Assembly (NCBI GenBank): GCA_046754105.1
Contig: JBHHVD010000075.1
Coordinates: forward strand, 1-15,978
Source of the DNA: Candidatus Krumholzibacteriia bacterium
GTDB taxonomy: Bacteria > Krumholzibacteriota > Krumholzibacteriia > WVZY01
Length of the DNA stretch: 15,978 nucleotides
Reading direction: 5' to 3'
The position numbers and the translations under genes are program-made. The first letter of the stretch is position 1. Each line of letters begins with the position of its first letter. Of this stretch, positions 6,049-15,263 are shown piece by piece. Under the pieces are notes generated by a model. The model saw only the letters and a program-made list of their open reading frames with translations, searched no databases and was not told the DNA's origin.

Positions 6049-9000
6049 TCACTTCGCAGACTCGGGTTCAGCGTCCTGTGGTTTGAGGATCACCCCTTCG
6101 TGGCTGCGGCCGTTCATCTTGATGGTGAGCGGCCTGTCGAAACGGAGGTGGCGGGTGAAATCGTTCTCGGCGGTGGCCCGCTGTCGCTTGAGCCATTTCC
6201 AGTCGAGGAATTCACCGTCATCGCGTGAATCGACCGTAAAATAGCCCACTCGGAAGGAGATGAGGTTCTGGAAGAAATGTGTGCCCTGCGAGGGTGTCAC
6301 CTGCAGATCTTTGAACCCCGTCTCCACCATGACGCGAGCGCCGGAGATCTGATCCCACGTGACCGGAATACCGAGCCACGGGTCGGAAGATCCCCAACGC
6401 CCCACTCCAACCAGGATGTAGGGCGTTTTGGCCGCTTCCAGCTGGCGATTGAGCTGGCCGATCTCTTCGGCGGCCTCCCTGCTCGCCGCACGGTCGAAGC
6501 GGTCGATGTCGACGTAGACCACGTCGCGAATGCCTTCTATCATTCCGTCACCGAGAACCCGGGAGCTGTGGCAGATCGCCATCGAGTGATCGGTATCCTC
6601 GAGGTTGAGTTCGTCCCACTCGTGACTGATCACCATGGGTCGCATCTGCAGCACGCAGAATTCATGGTGCTCGCCTTCTCCGGAACGAAGGTTGGCGGCG
6701 AACTCGATCTCGACCGGAGAGCTCATGCCACGGGTGCCAAACTTCAGGATGAGCTGGAGGATATCGGGCAGGGGAAAATGGCCGTGTTTGAGAATCGGCG
6801 CGAAGCTCACGATACGCGGCCCCTGTCGTGACAACCCATCGTAGACCGTGTTGTTCTCCTTCGAATACGTCGAGGCGACAAGCGCGAGCGCTTCATCCTT
6901 CTCGGCCACTCTGAGGTCCGCCTTGACCAGCTTGATCTCGCGCAGGTGGTCGGAATCATCGTCCGGGTCTGGCAGCTCGAGGGCATAGAAATCCCGCTGG
7001 GAGTTGTCGAGGATCTCCTCAACCGTCGAGAACTGGATTGCGTGTTGCGGGTACTTGGGTGAAAAGCGGAGCGCTCGCCCCCCCTCCATCACCTGCACCC
7101 CGAGTCCCAGCGCTACCGACGCGATCCCGTCCGCGGCGTCCATCGGTCCGGTCGGGTAGTAGTTGTGTGAGCTGGCCGATCCGGCAAAGTCCGGATAGAA
7201 GCGTTTTCCGCGGGGGGACCCTACGAGCTTCTGGATGATAACGGCCATTTTCTCTTCCTCGAGCCGGTACGGCGTCGCCTTCATATAACGCTTGGCGCCC
7301 CGGCAAAACGTCGATGCGTAAACGCGCTTGGCGGCAGCCAGGAGTTCTTGCAGCCGCACGTCGTCGTCCCGGTGATTGTTGGGCAGCATGAACGTCTTGT
7401 AGATACCGGCAAACGGCTGGTACTGCGAGTCCTCGAGCAGGCTCGAAGAGCGCACGGCCAGCGGGTAGCGCGCGAGGTCGAGCAGGTCTTTGAGCCACTC
7501 GACGACCTCGCCGGGAAAACTCGAGTCGAGAAACCGCCTCTCGATGTCGTGGTCGTCGTCCGAGGTCAGGGCGACGTCCCACAGGTTGTTGTCTACCATG
7601 AACTGTTCGTAGACGTCCGTGCCGATGACGACCGCCGGCGGCACCGTGACCTTGACGCCGCCGAAGCGGTTCTGGAGTAGATACGAATGGATCATCGAGT
7701 TGACGAACGCCAGCCCCCTGCCCTTGCCACCCAGCGATCCGGCCCCGATACGAGCGAAACTACTCGAGGGATCGAACGTGTTGCGGTCGAAATCGACGAT
7801 GCTGCCCTGGTGCTGACCGAAACGCAGTTCCCTCAAACATCGAATCAGGTATTCCCGAAGGTCGTGGATCGAGGGGTAATCCGACACCTTGCGCGGGCGC
7901 AGCTTGTACGCGTAGAGGAACTCGGTCCGCGCCTTGAGCCAGTTGGAGAAATGGTTGTGCTCGCCGTGGTAGCGAATGCTCTCATCCGGCACGATGTGGA
8001 GCAGCTTTTCCAGGCTTCTCAAGTCGGATGCGCGCCCCACCTCGCTGCCGTCCGGCAGACAGAACACGAAGTCGCCGAAGCTGAAGTTCTGTTTCATGAA
8101 CCGGCGCAGGTCCTTCAAGAGCGTCGGCGAGTCCTTGAGGAGAAACGACACGCCCAGCTCGTCGGCCACCTTTCTGTTGTCCGGATCACGTGATTGCAGG
8201 AGGATGGGAACGTCGGAGTGTGACACTTGTATGGCTCGTGCCAGGTCGACGCCCGCCTGCTTGTCCATCTTGCCGTGACGGGGAAACTGCATATCCGATA
8301 TCACGCCCAGAATGTAATCGTGGTACTTCTCGTAGTACTCCCACGCCTCCTCGTAGGTCTCGCAATGCAGAATCTTCGGGCGCGCCCTCATGCGCAGCAG
8401 TTTGTGCGCCGTGTTGACGCCCTCCGAAATCAGGCTCTGCGAGTGCCTCATCAATTCCGTGTATATGATCGGAAGGTACGAAGAGTAAAACCGCACGTTG
8501 TCTTCGATGAGGATGACCGACTGCACGCCGACCAGCTCGGTGTCGTGCTCGACGTTGAGCCGGTCCTCGATGCACTTGATGATGGCGAGAAAAATGCGGA
8601 AATCGCCCTGCCACACGAACACCTTGTCGAAGAGTGACAGGTCGTATTGCGTCATCAAATCGTTCAACGCCTGACTGTCGTACGTCAGGAGCACGATGGG
8701 TATGTCTATGCCGGCCTTCCTCACCGCTTCGGCGAAATCGAGCGCGTGCATGTCTTCCATGTGCAAGGCCGTGATGATCAGGTTGAACCGTTTCTCCTCC
8801 AGCGCCTTGGCGATCGCCTTGTGCCCGCTGGACACGCGCGTTATGCCCGGCGCGTCCGTGAGGTTCAACCCCATGTATTCGTTGAGCAGAGACTCGTAGA
8901 GCCGTCCGTCCTCGGAGAGGATAAACGAGTCGTACATGCTGGAGACGAGAAGTATGTTGTGGATTTTGTCGCGGACGAGGTCCTGGAATTGCTGGTACGG

Positions 9001-9054
9001 GTTGCCGTACCCGTGCTCGAAATCGGTGAGGTCGAATTCTCTCATCGGATCCAC
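6049..9054 (-). CDS. PPDK_N (PEP synthase/pyruvate phosphate dikinase-type ATP-grasp) protein with N-terminal receiver-like domains; function unknown
   Basis: ATP-grasp motifs LGGKGRGL, PLAVRSSSLLED, FAGIYKT, MAVIIQKLV, EIEFA, LQMRP. Receiver-like VILIED...VISDMQFP...PILLQS...FLLK. C-terminal GVGRWGSSDPWLGIPVTW...PSQGTHFFQNL. No C-terminal PEP/pyruvate-binding barrel. Start is GTG 9054 or ATG 9045. Confidence 0.85.
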   Translation of the reverse strand: MDPMREFDLTDFEHGYGNPYQQFQDLVRDKIHNILLVSSMYDSFILSEDGRLYESLLNEYMGLNLTDAPGITRVSSGHKAIAKALEEKRFNLIITALHMEDMHALDFAEAVRKAGIDIPIVLLTYDSQALNDLMTQYDLSLFDKVFVWQGDFRIFLAIIKCIEDRLNVEHDTELVGVQSVILIEDNVRFYSSYLPIIYTELMRHSQSLISEGVNTAHKLLRMRARPKILHCETYEEAWEYYEKYHDYILGVISDMQFPRHGKMDKQAGVDLARAIQVSHSDVPILLQSRDPDNRKVADELGVSFLLKDSPTLLKDLRRFMKQNFSFGDFVFCLPDGSEVGRASDLRSLEKLLHIVPDESIRYHGEHNHFSNWLKARTEFLYAYKLRPRKVSDYPSIHDLREYLIRCLRELRFGQHQGSIVDFDRNTFDPSSSFARIGAGSLGGKGRGLAFVNSMIHSYLLQNRFGGVKVTVPPAVVIGTDVYEQFMVDNNLWDVALTSDDDHDIERRFLDSSFPGEVVEWLKDLLDLARYPLAVRSSSLLEDSQYQPFAGIYKTFMLPNNHRDDDVRLQELLAAAKRVYASTFCRGAKRYMKATPYRLEEEKMAVIIQKLVGSPRGKRFYPDFAGSASSHNYYPTGPMDAADGIASVALGLGVQVMEGGRALRFSPKYPQHAIQFSTVEEILDNSQRDFYALELPDPDDDSDHLREIKLVKADLRVAEKDEALALVASTYSKENNTVYDGLSRQGPRIVSFAPILKHGHFPLPDILQLILKFGTRGMSSPVEIEFAANLRSGEGEHHEFCVLQMRPMVISHEWDELNLEDTDHSMAICHSSRVLGDGMIEGIRDVVYVDIDRFDRAASREAAEEIGQLNRQLEAAKTPYILVGVGRWGSSDPWLGIPVTWDQISGARVMVETGFKDLQVTPSQGTHFFQNLISFRVGYFTVDSRDDGEFLDWKWLKRQRATAENDFTRHLRFDRPLTIKMNGRSHEGVILKPQDAEPESAK

Positions 9055-9078
9055 CCCGCTCGCGTGCCCTGGTTGGCT

Positions 9079-9189
9079 TGGTGGGACGGGGCGGCTCCGG
9101 CCCAGACAGTCCTCGGCGCGCTACTCTCTCTTCGAAACAAGCCATTCGCCGCGCGCCTGCGGAACTCGCCTGAGCCCCCCGTCCCACCA
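9079..9189 (-). other. Long imperfect stem-loop (~110 nt) upstream of the PPDK_N gene; candidate cis-acting RNA structure
   Basis: Perfect 13-bp inverted repeat TGGTGGGACGGGG (9079-9091)/CCCCGTCCCACCA (9177-9189) enclosing nested helices; in minus-strand RNA these are GGCUCAGGC/GUCUGGGCC (two G-U pairs), AGUUCC/GGACU and GGCGCGC/GCGCGCC. Confidence 0.55.
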
Positions 9190-9224
9190 TCACCCGCGCC
9201 TGTGCCGCCCGAAGCGGGTCCTGT

Positions 9225-9280
9225 CAGCGAACAGCCCACCCGTGCTCGAAGGCTGCGCGGGGGCGGGCGCCCGTTCGCTG
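9225..9280 (-). other. Second stem-loop downstream of gdhA
   Basis: Minus-strand RNA CAGCGAAC/GUUCGCUG (8 bp perfect) with inner GCCCGCCC/GGGUGGGC (one G-U). No U-tract. Confidence 0.5.
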
Positions 9281-9329
9281 CCACCCGCATCGGGCCTTGG
9301 GACTGGCTGCTGCCCGCTCGCGGGGGCGG

Positions 9330-10691
9330 TTAGACGACGCCCTGGTCCATCATGGCGTCGGCCACCTTGATGAACCCGGCGATGTTCGCTCCGTTCACGT
9401 AGTTGCCCGCGGTGCCAAAGCGCTCGGCCGCCTCGACACATGCCGAATGAATCTCTTTCATGATGTGTCTGAGCTTCTCGTCAACTTCTTCCCTGGACCA
9501 GCTGATACGCATGCTGTTCTGGGCCATCTCAAGCCCAGACACGGCGACACCACCGGCGTTGGCGGCCTTGGCCGGCCCAAAGAGGATACCCTTGTCCAGG
9601 TAGAGATTGACCGCATCAGCCGTGCAGGGCATGTTGGCCCCCTCGGAGACGACAAAGACGCCGTTCTTTAGCAGATTGCGGGCGTCCTTTTCATTGATCT
9701 CGTTCTGCGTCGCGCAGGGAAACGCGCAGTCGGCCTTGTGATCCCACAGGGGGTTATAATTGAGGGAAGCGTCGAGGGGCACGTAGGTCGCGCTCTTGAA
9801 CTCCTCGGCGTATTCCTTGATCCGGCCCCTGCGATTGTTCTTGAGATCCATCACGAACTCGAGTTTCTTCCTGTCAATTCCTTCGGGGTCGTGAATGTAC
9901 CCGGACGAATCCGAAAGCGTCGTCGGCTTGGCCCTCAGGTCGAGCAGTTTCTCCACGGTGAACTGCGCGACATTGCCGGAACCGGATACCAGGCACGCCT
10001 TGCCTTCGAGGTTGTCGTCGCGCGTCGCGAGCATTTCGGCGGCAAAGTAGACGGCGCCATACCCGGTCGCCTCGGGACGTATCAACGAGCCCCCCCAGTT
10101 GAGGCCCTTTCCGGTCAGCACTCCCGTGAATTCGTTGCGAACTCGTTTGTACTGTCCGAACAGAAAACCGATCTCTCGCCCCCCCACGCCGATGTCACCG
10201 GCGGGTACGTCGCTGTTGGGACCGATGTGCCGGCAGAGCTCGGTCATGAAACTCTGGCAGAAACGCATCACTTCCCCGTCGCTCTTGCCCTTGGGATCGA
10301 AATCCGACCCGCCCTTGCCGCCGCCCATCGGCAGCGTGGTCAGGCTGTTCTTGAACACCTGCTCGAACGCCAGGAATTTCAGGATGCTCAGGTTCACCGA
10401 CGCGTGAAAACGCAGCCCGCCCTTGTAGGGACCTATCGCGCTGTTCATCTCGATACGATAACCGCGGTTGACCCGGATCTCTCCATTGTCGTCCGCCCAC
10501 GGCACGCGAAACATGACGACCCGCTCCGGCTCCACCATGCGCTCGAGTACCCTGGCCTGGCGATACTCGGGATGACGGTCGAGAACGGCCTCCAACGAAT
10601 CCACGACTTCCTGAACGGCTTGATGGAATTCCTGCTCTCCGGGATTCTTCGCCTTGACTTCGCCCATGAAGTCTTCTACGTACGCAGACAT
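9330..10691 (-). CDS. gdhA: Glutamate dehydrogenase, hexameric type, probably NADP-specific, 453 aa
   Basis: EFHQAVQEV, EPERVVMFRVPW, GPYKGGLRFH, LPMGGGKGGSDFDPKGKSD, DVPAGDIGVGGREIG, RPEATGYG, GSGNVA, SDSSG, KAANAGGVAVSGLEM. Start moved to ATG 10691 (SD GGAGGAAGG). Confidence 0.98.
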   Translation of the reverse strand: MSAYVEDFMGEVKAKNPGEQEFHQAVQEVVDSLEAVLDRHPEYRQARVLERMVEPERVVMFRVPWADDNGEIRVNRGYRIEMNSAIGPYKGGLRFHASVNLSILKFLAFEQVFKNSLTTLPMGGGKGGSDFDPKGKSDGEVMRFCQSFMTELCRHIGPNSDVPAGDIGVGGREIGFLFGQYKRVRNEFTGVLTGKGLNWGGSLIRPEATGYGAVYFAAEMLATRDDNLEGKACLVSGSGNVAQFTVEKLLDLRAKPTTLSDSSGYIHDPEGIDRKKLEFVMDLKNNRRGRIKEYAEEFKSATYVPLDASLNYNPLWDHKADCAFPCATQNEINEKDARNLLKNGVFVVSEGANMPCTADAVNLYLDKGILFGPAKAANAGGVAVSGLEMAQNSMRISWSREEVDEKLRHIMKEIHSACVEAAERFGTAGNYVNGANIAGFIKVADAMMDQGVV

Positions 10692-10797
10692 ACTTTGTAC
10701 CTTCCTCCCATGGATCGAGAGACGCCGATTCGCCATGTGATTTATCTCGCTGCCGGCGCTACGGTTCGACTCGGCGCATTCTCATTAAACTCAGGCG

Positions 10798-10827
10798 ATT
10801 CTAGCGACTATTACCGGCCCCTGTCAA
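10798..10827 (-). promoter_or_regulatory. Sigma-70-type promoter for gdhA
   Basis: Minus strand TTGACA-N18-TAGAAT: perfect -35, 5/6 match at -10, about 106 nt before the gdhA ATG. Confidence 0.7.
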
Positions 10828-10872
10828 CCGCTAGCGCACCCGCTGCAGGCCCGTGCCACGGCAAGATTCCGA

Positions 10873-10902
10873 TTGAAGGCGGCGGCGGCGTCGTGGCATT
10901 AT
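10873..10902 (+). promoter_or_regulatory. Possible sigma-70 promoter (extended -10) for the S9 peptidase
   Basis: TTGAAG-N18-CATTAT with TG one base before the -10; weak match in the expected position, 45 nt before ATG 10948. Confidence 0.3.
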
Positions 10903-10947
10903 CTAGGACCACCGCCTGCGAAAAACTAACCCCCAAGGAGTGTCCAC

Positions 10948-13071
10948 ATGAGATCAGAACTCGTAGCTCGCACGTTGCGGCGCTGGACGGCTGCCGCCGT
11001 AATCGTGCTCCTGGCACCGCTAACGTCGCGAACCGGCACGGCCGCTGTCATGACCACCGATGACGTCCTCAAGACTCGGCGGGCGACCGAGGCGCAGATC
11101 AGCCCCAACGGCCGCTGGATCGCCTATACGGTGCGCCGGACGCGTGCGGCCGGGGACAAAGCGGGGAGTGATTACCGGGAGCTCCACGTCGTCTCCTCGC
11201 GCGGCGGCGACAGCCGGCCGTTCGTCACCGGCAAGGTGGGCGTCAGTTCCCTGCGGTGGCGCCCGGACGGCGCGTATATCGCGTTCCGCATGAAGCGGGG
11301 GGAGAAGGCGAAGACGCAGGTGTGGATGATCCCGGCGGACGGCGGCGAGGCCTTCGAGGTAACGAACGCTCCGACCAGCGTGCTCTCCTTCCGCTGGCAC
11401 CCCGACGGGGACCGCCTGGCCTACGTCGCGGTCGAGCCCCCCACGGCGCGCGAAAAGGCCCTGAAGAAAAAGGGCTACGGCTTTACCTATTTCGAAGAGA
11501 ACCTCAAGCATCGCAACCTCTACACCGTGGCCGTGGACCCGAGCGGAAAGGCGTCCGACCCCGAACGGGTCACACGCGGCATTACCATCTGGACTTTTGA
11601 CTACAGCCCCGACGGCACGGCGATCGCCGCGGGCGCGAGCGAGAAAAACCTGATCGACTACCGCTACGCCTTCCAGAAGGTCTATATCATAAACCCGGCC
11701 AGCGGCGAAGCAAGGCGGCTGACAGACAATCCGGGCAAGATCGGCAGGTTCGCCTTCAGCCCCGACGGCACGCGCCTGGCATACGTGGCGGGCCGGAACC
11801 AGCGTGATCACAACGTGAGCCACGCCTACGTCATCCCCGTCGCCGGCGGCGAGGCCCTGGACCTGACACGGAAGGACTTCCGGGGCCACATCAACTGGGT
11901 CGGCTGGAAGGACAAGGACACGATCCTCTACCGCGCGGGTGAGGGAATGTGGAACACGCTCAACCTGGTAAAGGCGAAAGGCGGAGAGCACAAGACGATC
12001 CTTCATTCGAAGAAATCGGGTGTCATATTCGGCGCTCCGAGCTATACCCGGGACTTCAAGAAATTCGCGATGGTCGGCTCTGCTACCGACGTGCCGAGTG
12101 ACGTCTATCACTGGACGCCGGGCCGGCAACTGGAAAGGCTGACCCATCTCAACCCGTGGATCGCCGAGCGCGACCTCGGGCGCCAGGAGGTCATCCGTTA
12201 CAAGGCCCGCGACGGCCTCGAGATCGAGGGGCTGCTCTACTACCCGGTGGGCTACCGCGAGGGCAGCCGCTATCCGCTGGTGGTGATCGTCCACGGCGGT
12301 CCCGAATCGCACTACACGAACGGATGGAACGTGCGCTATTCGAGTCCCACCCAGGTACTGGCCGGGAAGGGCTACGCCGTCTTCCTGCCCAATTATCGTT
12401 CCAGCACCGGATACGGCGTGGACTTTACATCGGATCACCTCGGCGACGCGGCGGGCAAGGAGTTCGATGACATCGCCGACGGGATCGATCATCTGGTGAA
12501 GACGGGCATCGCCGACCGCGACCGCGTCGGTCTTGGCGGCGGCTCCTACGGCGGCTACGCCGCGGCGTGGTTCTCTTCGTATTACACGAAGTACGTGCGT
12601 GCCGTGTGCATGTTCGTCGGTATCAGCAACCTGGTGAGCAAGCGGAGCACGACGGATATCCCGTACGAGGAGCTGTTCGTCCACTCGGGCAAACCGCTCG
12701 AGGAGATGTGGCAACTCAGTCTCGAACGAAGCCCTGTCTACTACGCGCGCCAGAGCCGGAGCGCGGTCCTGATATACGGCGGCGAGGCGGACCCGCGCGT
12801 TCACCCGTCGCAGAGTCTCGAGTATTATCGCCGGCTCAAAGTGAACGGCCACCCCGCCGTGCGCCTCGTGCGCTACCCGGGCGAGGGTCACGGTAACGCG
12901 CGCCAACCCGGCAAGATCGACGTCCTGCACCGTACGCTGCAGTGGTACGACTGGTACGTGAGGGACGCCAAGCCGTTCGACGGGCCCATGCCACCCCTCG
13001 ACATCAGTGACACCTACGGAATCGAACTCGGAGAAACCGAAAAGGCCGGGGACGTAACCATGGGCGAGTGA
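10948..13071 (+). CDS. Secreted S9-family serine peptidase (prolyl oligopeptidase clan; acylaminoacyl/dipeptidyl peptidase-like)
   Basis: SD AAGGAG and signal-like N-terminus. PD40/beta-propeller repeats (SPNGRWIAY, WRPDGAYIAF, WHPDGDRLAY, YSPDGTAIA, FSPDGTRLAY). YPLVVIVHGGP, nucleophile GGSYGG, Asp in GEADPRV, His in GEGHG. Confidence 0.96.
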   Translation: MRSELVARTLRRWTAAAVIVLLAPLTSRTGTAAVMTTDDVLKTRRATEAQISPNGRWIAYTVRRTRAAGDKAGSDYRELHVVSSRGGDSRPFVTGKVGVSSLRWRPDGAYIAFRMKRGEKAKTQVWMIPADGGEAFEVTNAPTSVLSFRWHPDGDRLAYVAVEPPTAREKALKKKGYGFTYFEENLKHRNLYTVAVDPSGKASDPERVTRGITIWTFDYSPDGTAIAAGASEKNLIDYRYAFQKVYIINPASGEARRLTDNPGKIGRFAFSPDGTRLAYVAGRNQRDHNVSHAYVIPVAGGEALDLTRKDFRGHINWVGWKDKDTILYRAGEGMWNTLNLVKAKGGEHKTILHSKKSGVIFGAPSYTRDFKKFAMVGSATDVPSDVYHWTPGRQLERLTHLNPWIAERDLGRQEVIRYKARDGLEIEGLLYYPVGYREGSRYPLVVIVHGGPESHYTNGWNVRYSSPTQVLAGKGYAVFLPNYRSSTGYGVDFTSDHLGDAAGKEFDDIADGIDHLVKTGIADRDRVGLGGGSYGGYAAAWFSSYYTKYVRAVCMFVGISNLVSKRSTTDIPYEELFVHSGKPLEEMWQLSLERSPVYYARQSRSAVLIYGGEADPRVHPSQSLEYYRRLKVNGHPAVRLVRYPGEGHGNARQPGKIDVLHRTLQWYDWYVRDAKPFDGPMPPLDISDTYGIELGETEKAGDVTMGE

Positions 13072-13139
13072 GGGAGCGTGTGCCGGGAGGCCTCGCGCGG
13101 GTTTTCGGCGGCGCGCGGCTCGATTCGCGGGCCGTGCAT

Positions 13140-15263
13140 CTAGCCGGTAACAACGTAGGCGACGCCGCCGAGGACGCACGTCACGTCGCTGCCCAGCGAG
13201 AGGTACCTGGCGAGTTCTGGGTGTTTCTCGATTAGCTTGAAGTAATCGTCGGTGAGGAATTTTACGGCGACCGTCTTCATGCCATCCTCGTATTCGGCGT
13301 CCAGCCACACGCCGCCCTGCTGGTAAAACGTCTTGCCGGCGATGAAACGGACCGCGCTGTTGTCCCTGTCATCCACGACGCTTTTTTTCTTTTCCGCCAC
13401 GAGGTCCTGGCTCATTCCCACCGACGCCCTGCCCGTCGTGGATTCAAAGGCGGCGCGGGCACCGCGCGCGACCGACTCCGGCGCGTCAAAAACGGACTGC
13501 ACTCGGGAGCGCGACAGCCGTCCCGCGCGTTCCTCCTCGAGGATGAGGAAAGACGTGTAGGGAGTTACGATCCCGTGCTCGGTGGCCAGCTCGATCACCT
13601 CGTCCACGAGTTCCTGGTCGTGCCCGTTCTCGCGGATTTCTTCCATCAGGTAGGCAACCTTGCGCGTCGCCCAGATACGGGGAATGAACTCGTTGCGGCG
13701 TTCCCTCTTTTCGAACGCCGCCTCGAACGTAAACTTCTTCTCCTCGCCATCCACTTCGCCGGTCAACTCGAGCAGCGACGAGCCACGGCCCTTGTAGCGC
13801 CCGAACACTACGAGCTGGCTGCCGTTGAAGAGGTCAGGAAGTTCCCTGGGAAAGACGTCCGAGACCCTGATCTTTCCGAAGGAGAGCGAAATGTCCGACA
13901 GGACCGGTTGGCTGACCTTCGCATAAAAGCTCGCCACCGCGACTTCGATGCTCTCCTCGGGTTTGACGTAGGACACCGTACCATGGTTCCCGCCGGCCAG
14001 CTTGTCGAGGAGCCGGGTGTTGACGTCGTACCCGACCCCGAATACGAAGAGACGCGCACCGCCGCGGTTGCCCCCGCGGACGTTGTCGAGGATGTCGGGC
14101 ACCTCGGTCTCGCCGACCGTCGGCTGACCGTCCGTAAGGAAGATCAGCTGTCGCAGGCGACCGGAACTCGGCACGTCGAGGGCACTTTCCAGGGCGGCGT
14201 TAATGTCGGTGCCCCCCCGCGCCCTGACCTCGTCCACGAATTGCATGGCGTCCCGGATGCCGGGGCGGTCCGCCGGGGTCAGCCGGTCTTCGAACCGGGT
14301 CACGGCGGAGGCGAAGGTGATAATGCCGAAACGATCGTCTTCACCCAGGTTGTGCAGGCAGTAGCCGAGCGCTTCCTTCGCCTGCTCGATCTTCTCGCCG
14401 CGCATGGAACCGGACCGGTCGATGACAAATATCACGTCCCGAGCGATCGGCGTCCGATGCTGCGCCAGCCGGCCCGGCGACAGCAGCGCCATGAAATACC
14501 CCTCGTCGCCCCGCCGGCGATGGGTGACGAGGTTCAAGCCCACATCCTCGGCCGACACAGTGTAGTACACGACGAAATCCGGTGCGCGGCGGCGAGCCGT
14601 TCCCTCGTAGCTGCAATTGGCGGTGGTTCCGTCGATCCTGCGTTCGACGTCGTACGTAGGGCTGTAGAGGTTCTTGATCGGTGTGTCCGCTTCGATATCG
14701 ACATCGATCGAGAATTCCGCCCTGGCCGGCTTGTCGCCCACGTGCGAGTGTAGCGGGTAACGGTACGAGACGAGCCCGCCGTCGTTGGACAGCAATTCGT
14801 GGTAGACGATCTCGACCCTGACGTCGCCGCCGGCCGGCACCGGGTACACGCGCGCCCTGAACAGATCTTGTTCCAGGTACTCGAGCAGACCGGGATCCTT
14901 TAAGCGTCGAACGATGTCCTCGTAGATCTTGCGCGCGCGCCTCGCCTCGACCAGTTCGGCGGCTACCTTCTCGCCGTTCATCCACATCGCGAAATCGGTG
15001 ATCGACGCTCCCCTGGGCAGCGGAAACAGGTACGTCGCTTCCAGATCGCGGCGGCTCGAGTTGCCAAAGACCTGCTTTACCGTCGTAACGCTGACCTGGC
15101 TTTCGATCGTCACCTTGACGTGGTGATCCTTGACGGAGATCGGATTGCGGTATTCCCGAACCCGCGGTTGCGTATCATCGATCAGGACACCCTGGGCGCG
15201 GGCGGACGAAGAGAGGCAGAGCAGGAACGCAGCGCCTATTACTATGTAGTTTATGTTTCGCAT
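13140..15263 (-). CDS. Secreted VIT + von Willebrand factor A domain protein (inter-alpha-trypsin inhibitor heavy chain-like)
   Basis: Signal peptide ...LCLSSSARA-Q. VIT: TTVKQVFGN...LEATYLFPLPRGASITDFAM...KDPGLLEY. vWA MIDAS: VIFVIDRSGSM, GGTDI, IFLTDGQPTVG, FVFGVG. C-terminal PRIWATRKV...GIVTPYTSFL. Confidence 0.94.
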   Translation of the reverse strand: MRNINYIVIGAAFLLCLSSSARAQGVLIDDTQPRVREYRNPISVKDHHVKVTIESQVSVTTVKQVFGNSSRRDLEATYLFPLPRGASITDFAMWMNGEKVAAELVEARRARKIYEDIVRRLKDPGLLEYLEQDLFRARVYPVPAGGDVRVEIVYHELLSNDGGLVSYRYPLHSHVGDKPARAEFSIDVDIEADTPIKNLYSPTYDVERRIDGTTANCSYEGTARRRAPDFVVYYTVSAEDVGLNLVTHRRRGDEGYFMALLSPGRLAQHRTPIARDVIFVIDRSGSMRGEKIEQAKEALGYCLHNLGEDDRFGIITFASAVTRFEDRLTPADRPGIRDAMQFVDEVRARGGTDINAALESALDVPSSGRLRQLIFLTDGQPTVGETEVPDILDNVRGGNRGGARLFVFGVGYDVNTRLLDKLAGGNHGTVSYVKPEESIEVAVASFYAKVSQPVLSDISLSFGKIRVSDVFPRELPDLFNGSQLVVFGRYKGRGSSLLELTGEVDGEEKKFTFEAAFEKRERRNEFIPRIWATRKVAYLMEEIRENGHDQELVDEVIELATEHGIVTPYTSFLILEEERAGRLSRSRVQSVFDAPESVARGARAAFESTTGRASVGMSQDLVAEKKKSVVDDRDNSAVRFIAGKTFYQQGGVWLDAEYEDGMKTVAVKFLTDDYFKLIEKHPELARYLSLGSDVTCVLGGVAYVVTG

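Noticed and set aside
6049..9054. Calling this gene ppsA or ppdK
   Set aside because: No PEP/pyruvate-binding barrel or canonical TSHAA motif, and it carries extra receiver-like domains.
9055..9329. SRP RNA, 6S RNA, RNase P or a small ORF in the gdhA downstream spacer
   Set aside because: No SRP or RNase P signature motifs; the hairpin is shorter than typical 6S; ORFs there are low-complexity with no SD.
10844..10858. Sigma-54 promoter for gdhA (TGGCACGGGCCTGCA, minus strand)
   Set aside because: GG-to-GC spacing is 9 nt where sigma-54 requires 10; a good sigma-70 promoter lies just downstream.
13072..13139. Bidirectional intrinsic terminator between the convergent S9 and VIT-vWA genes
   Set aside because: Only short GC stems (e.g. 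CGGCTCG/CGGGCCG) with no properly placed U-tracts.
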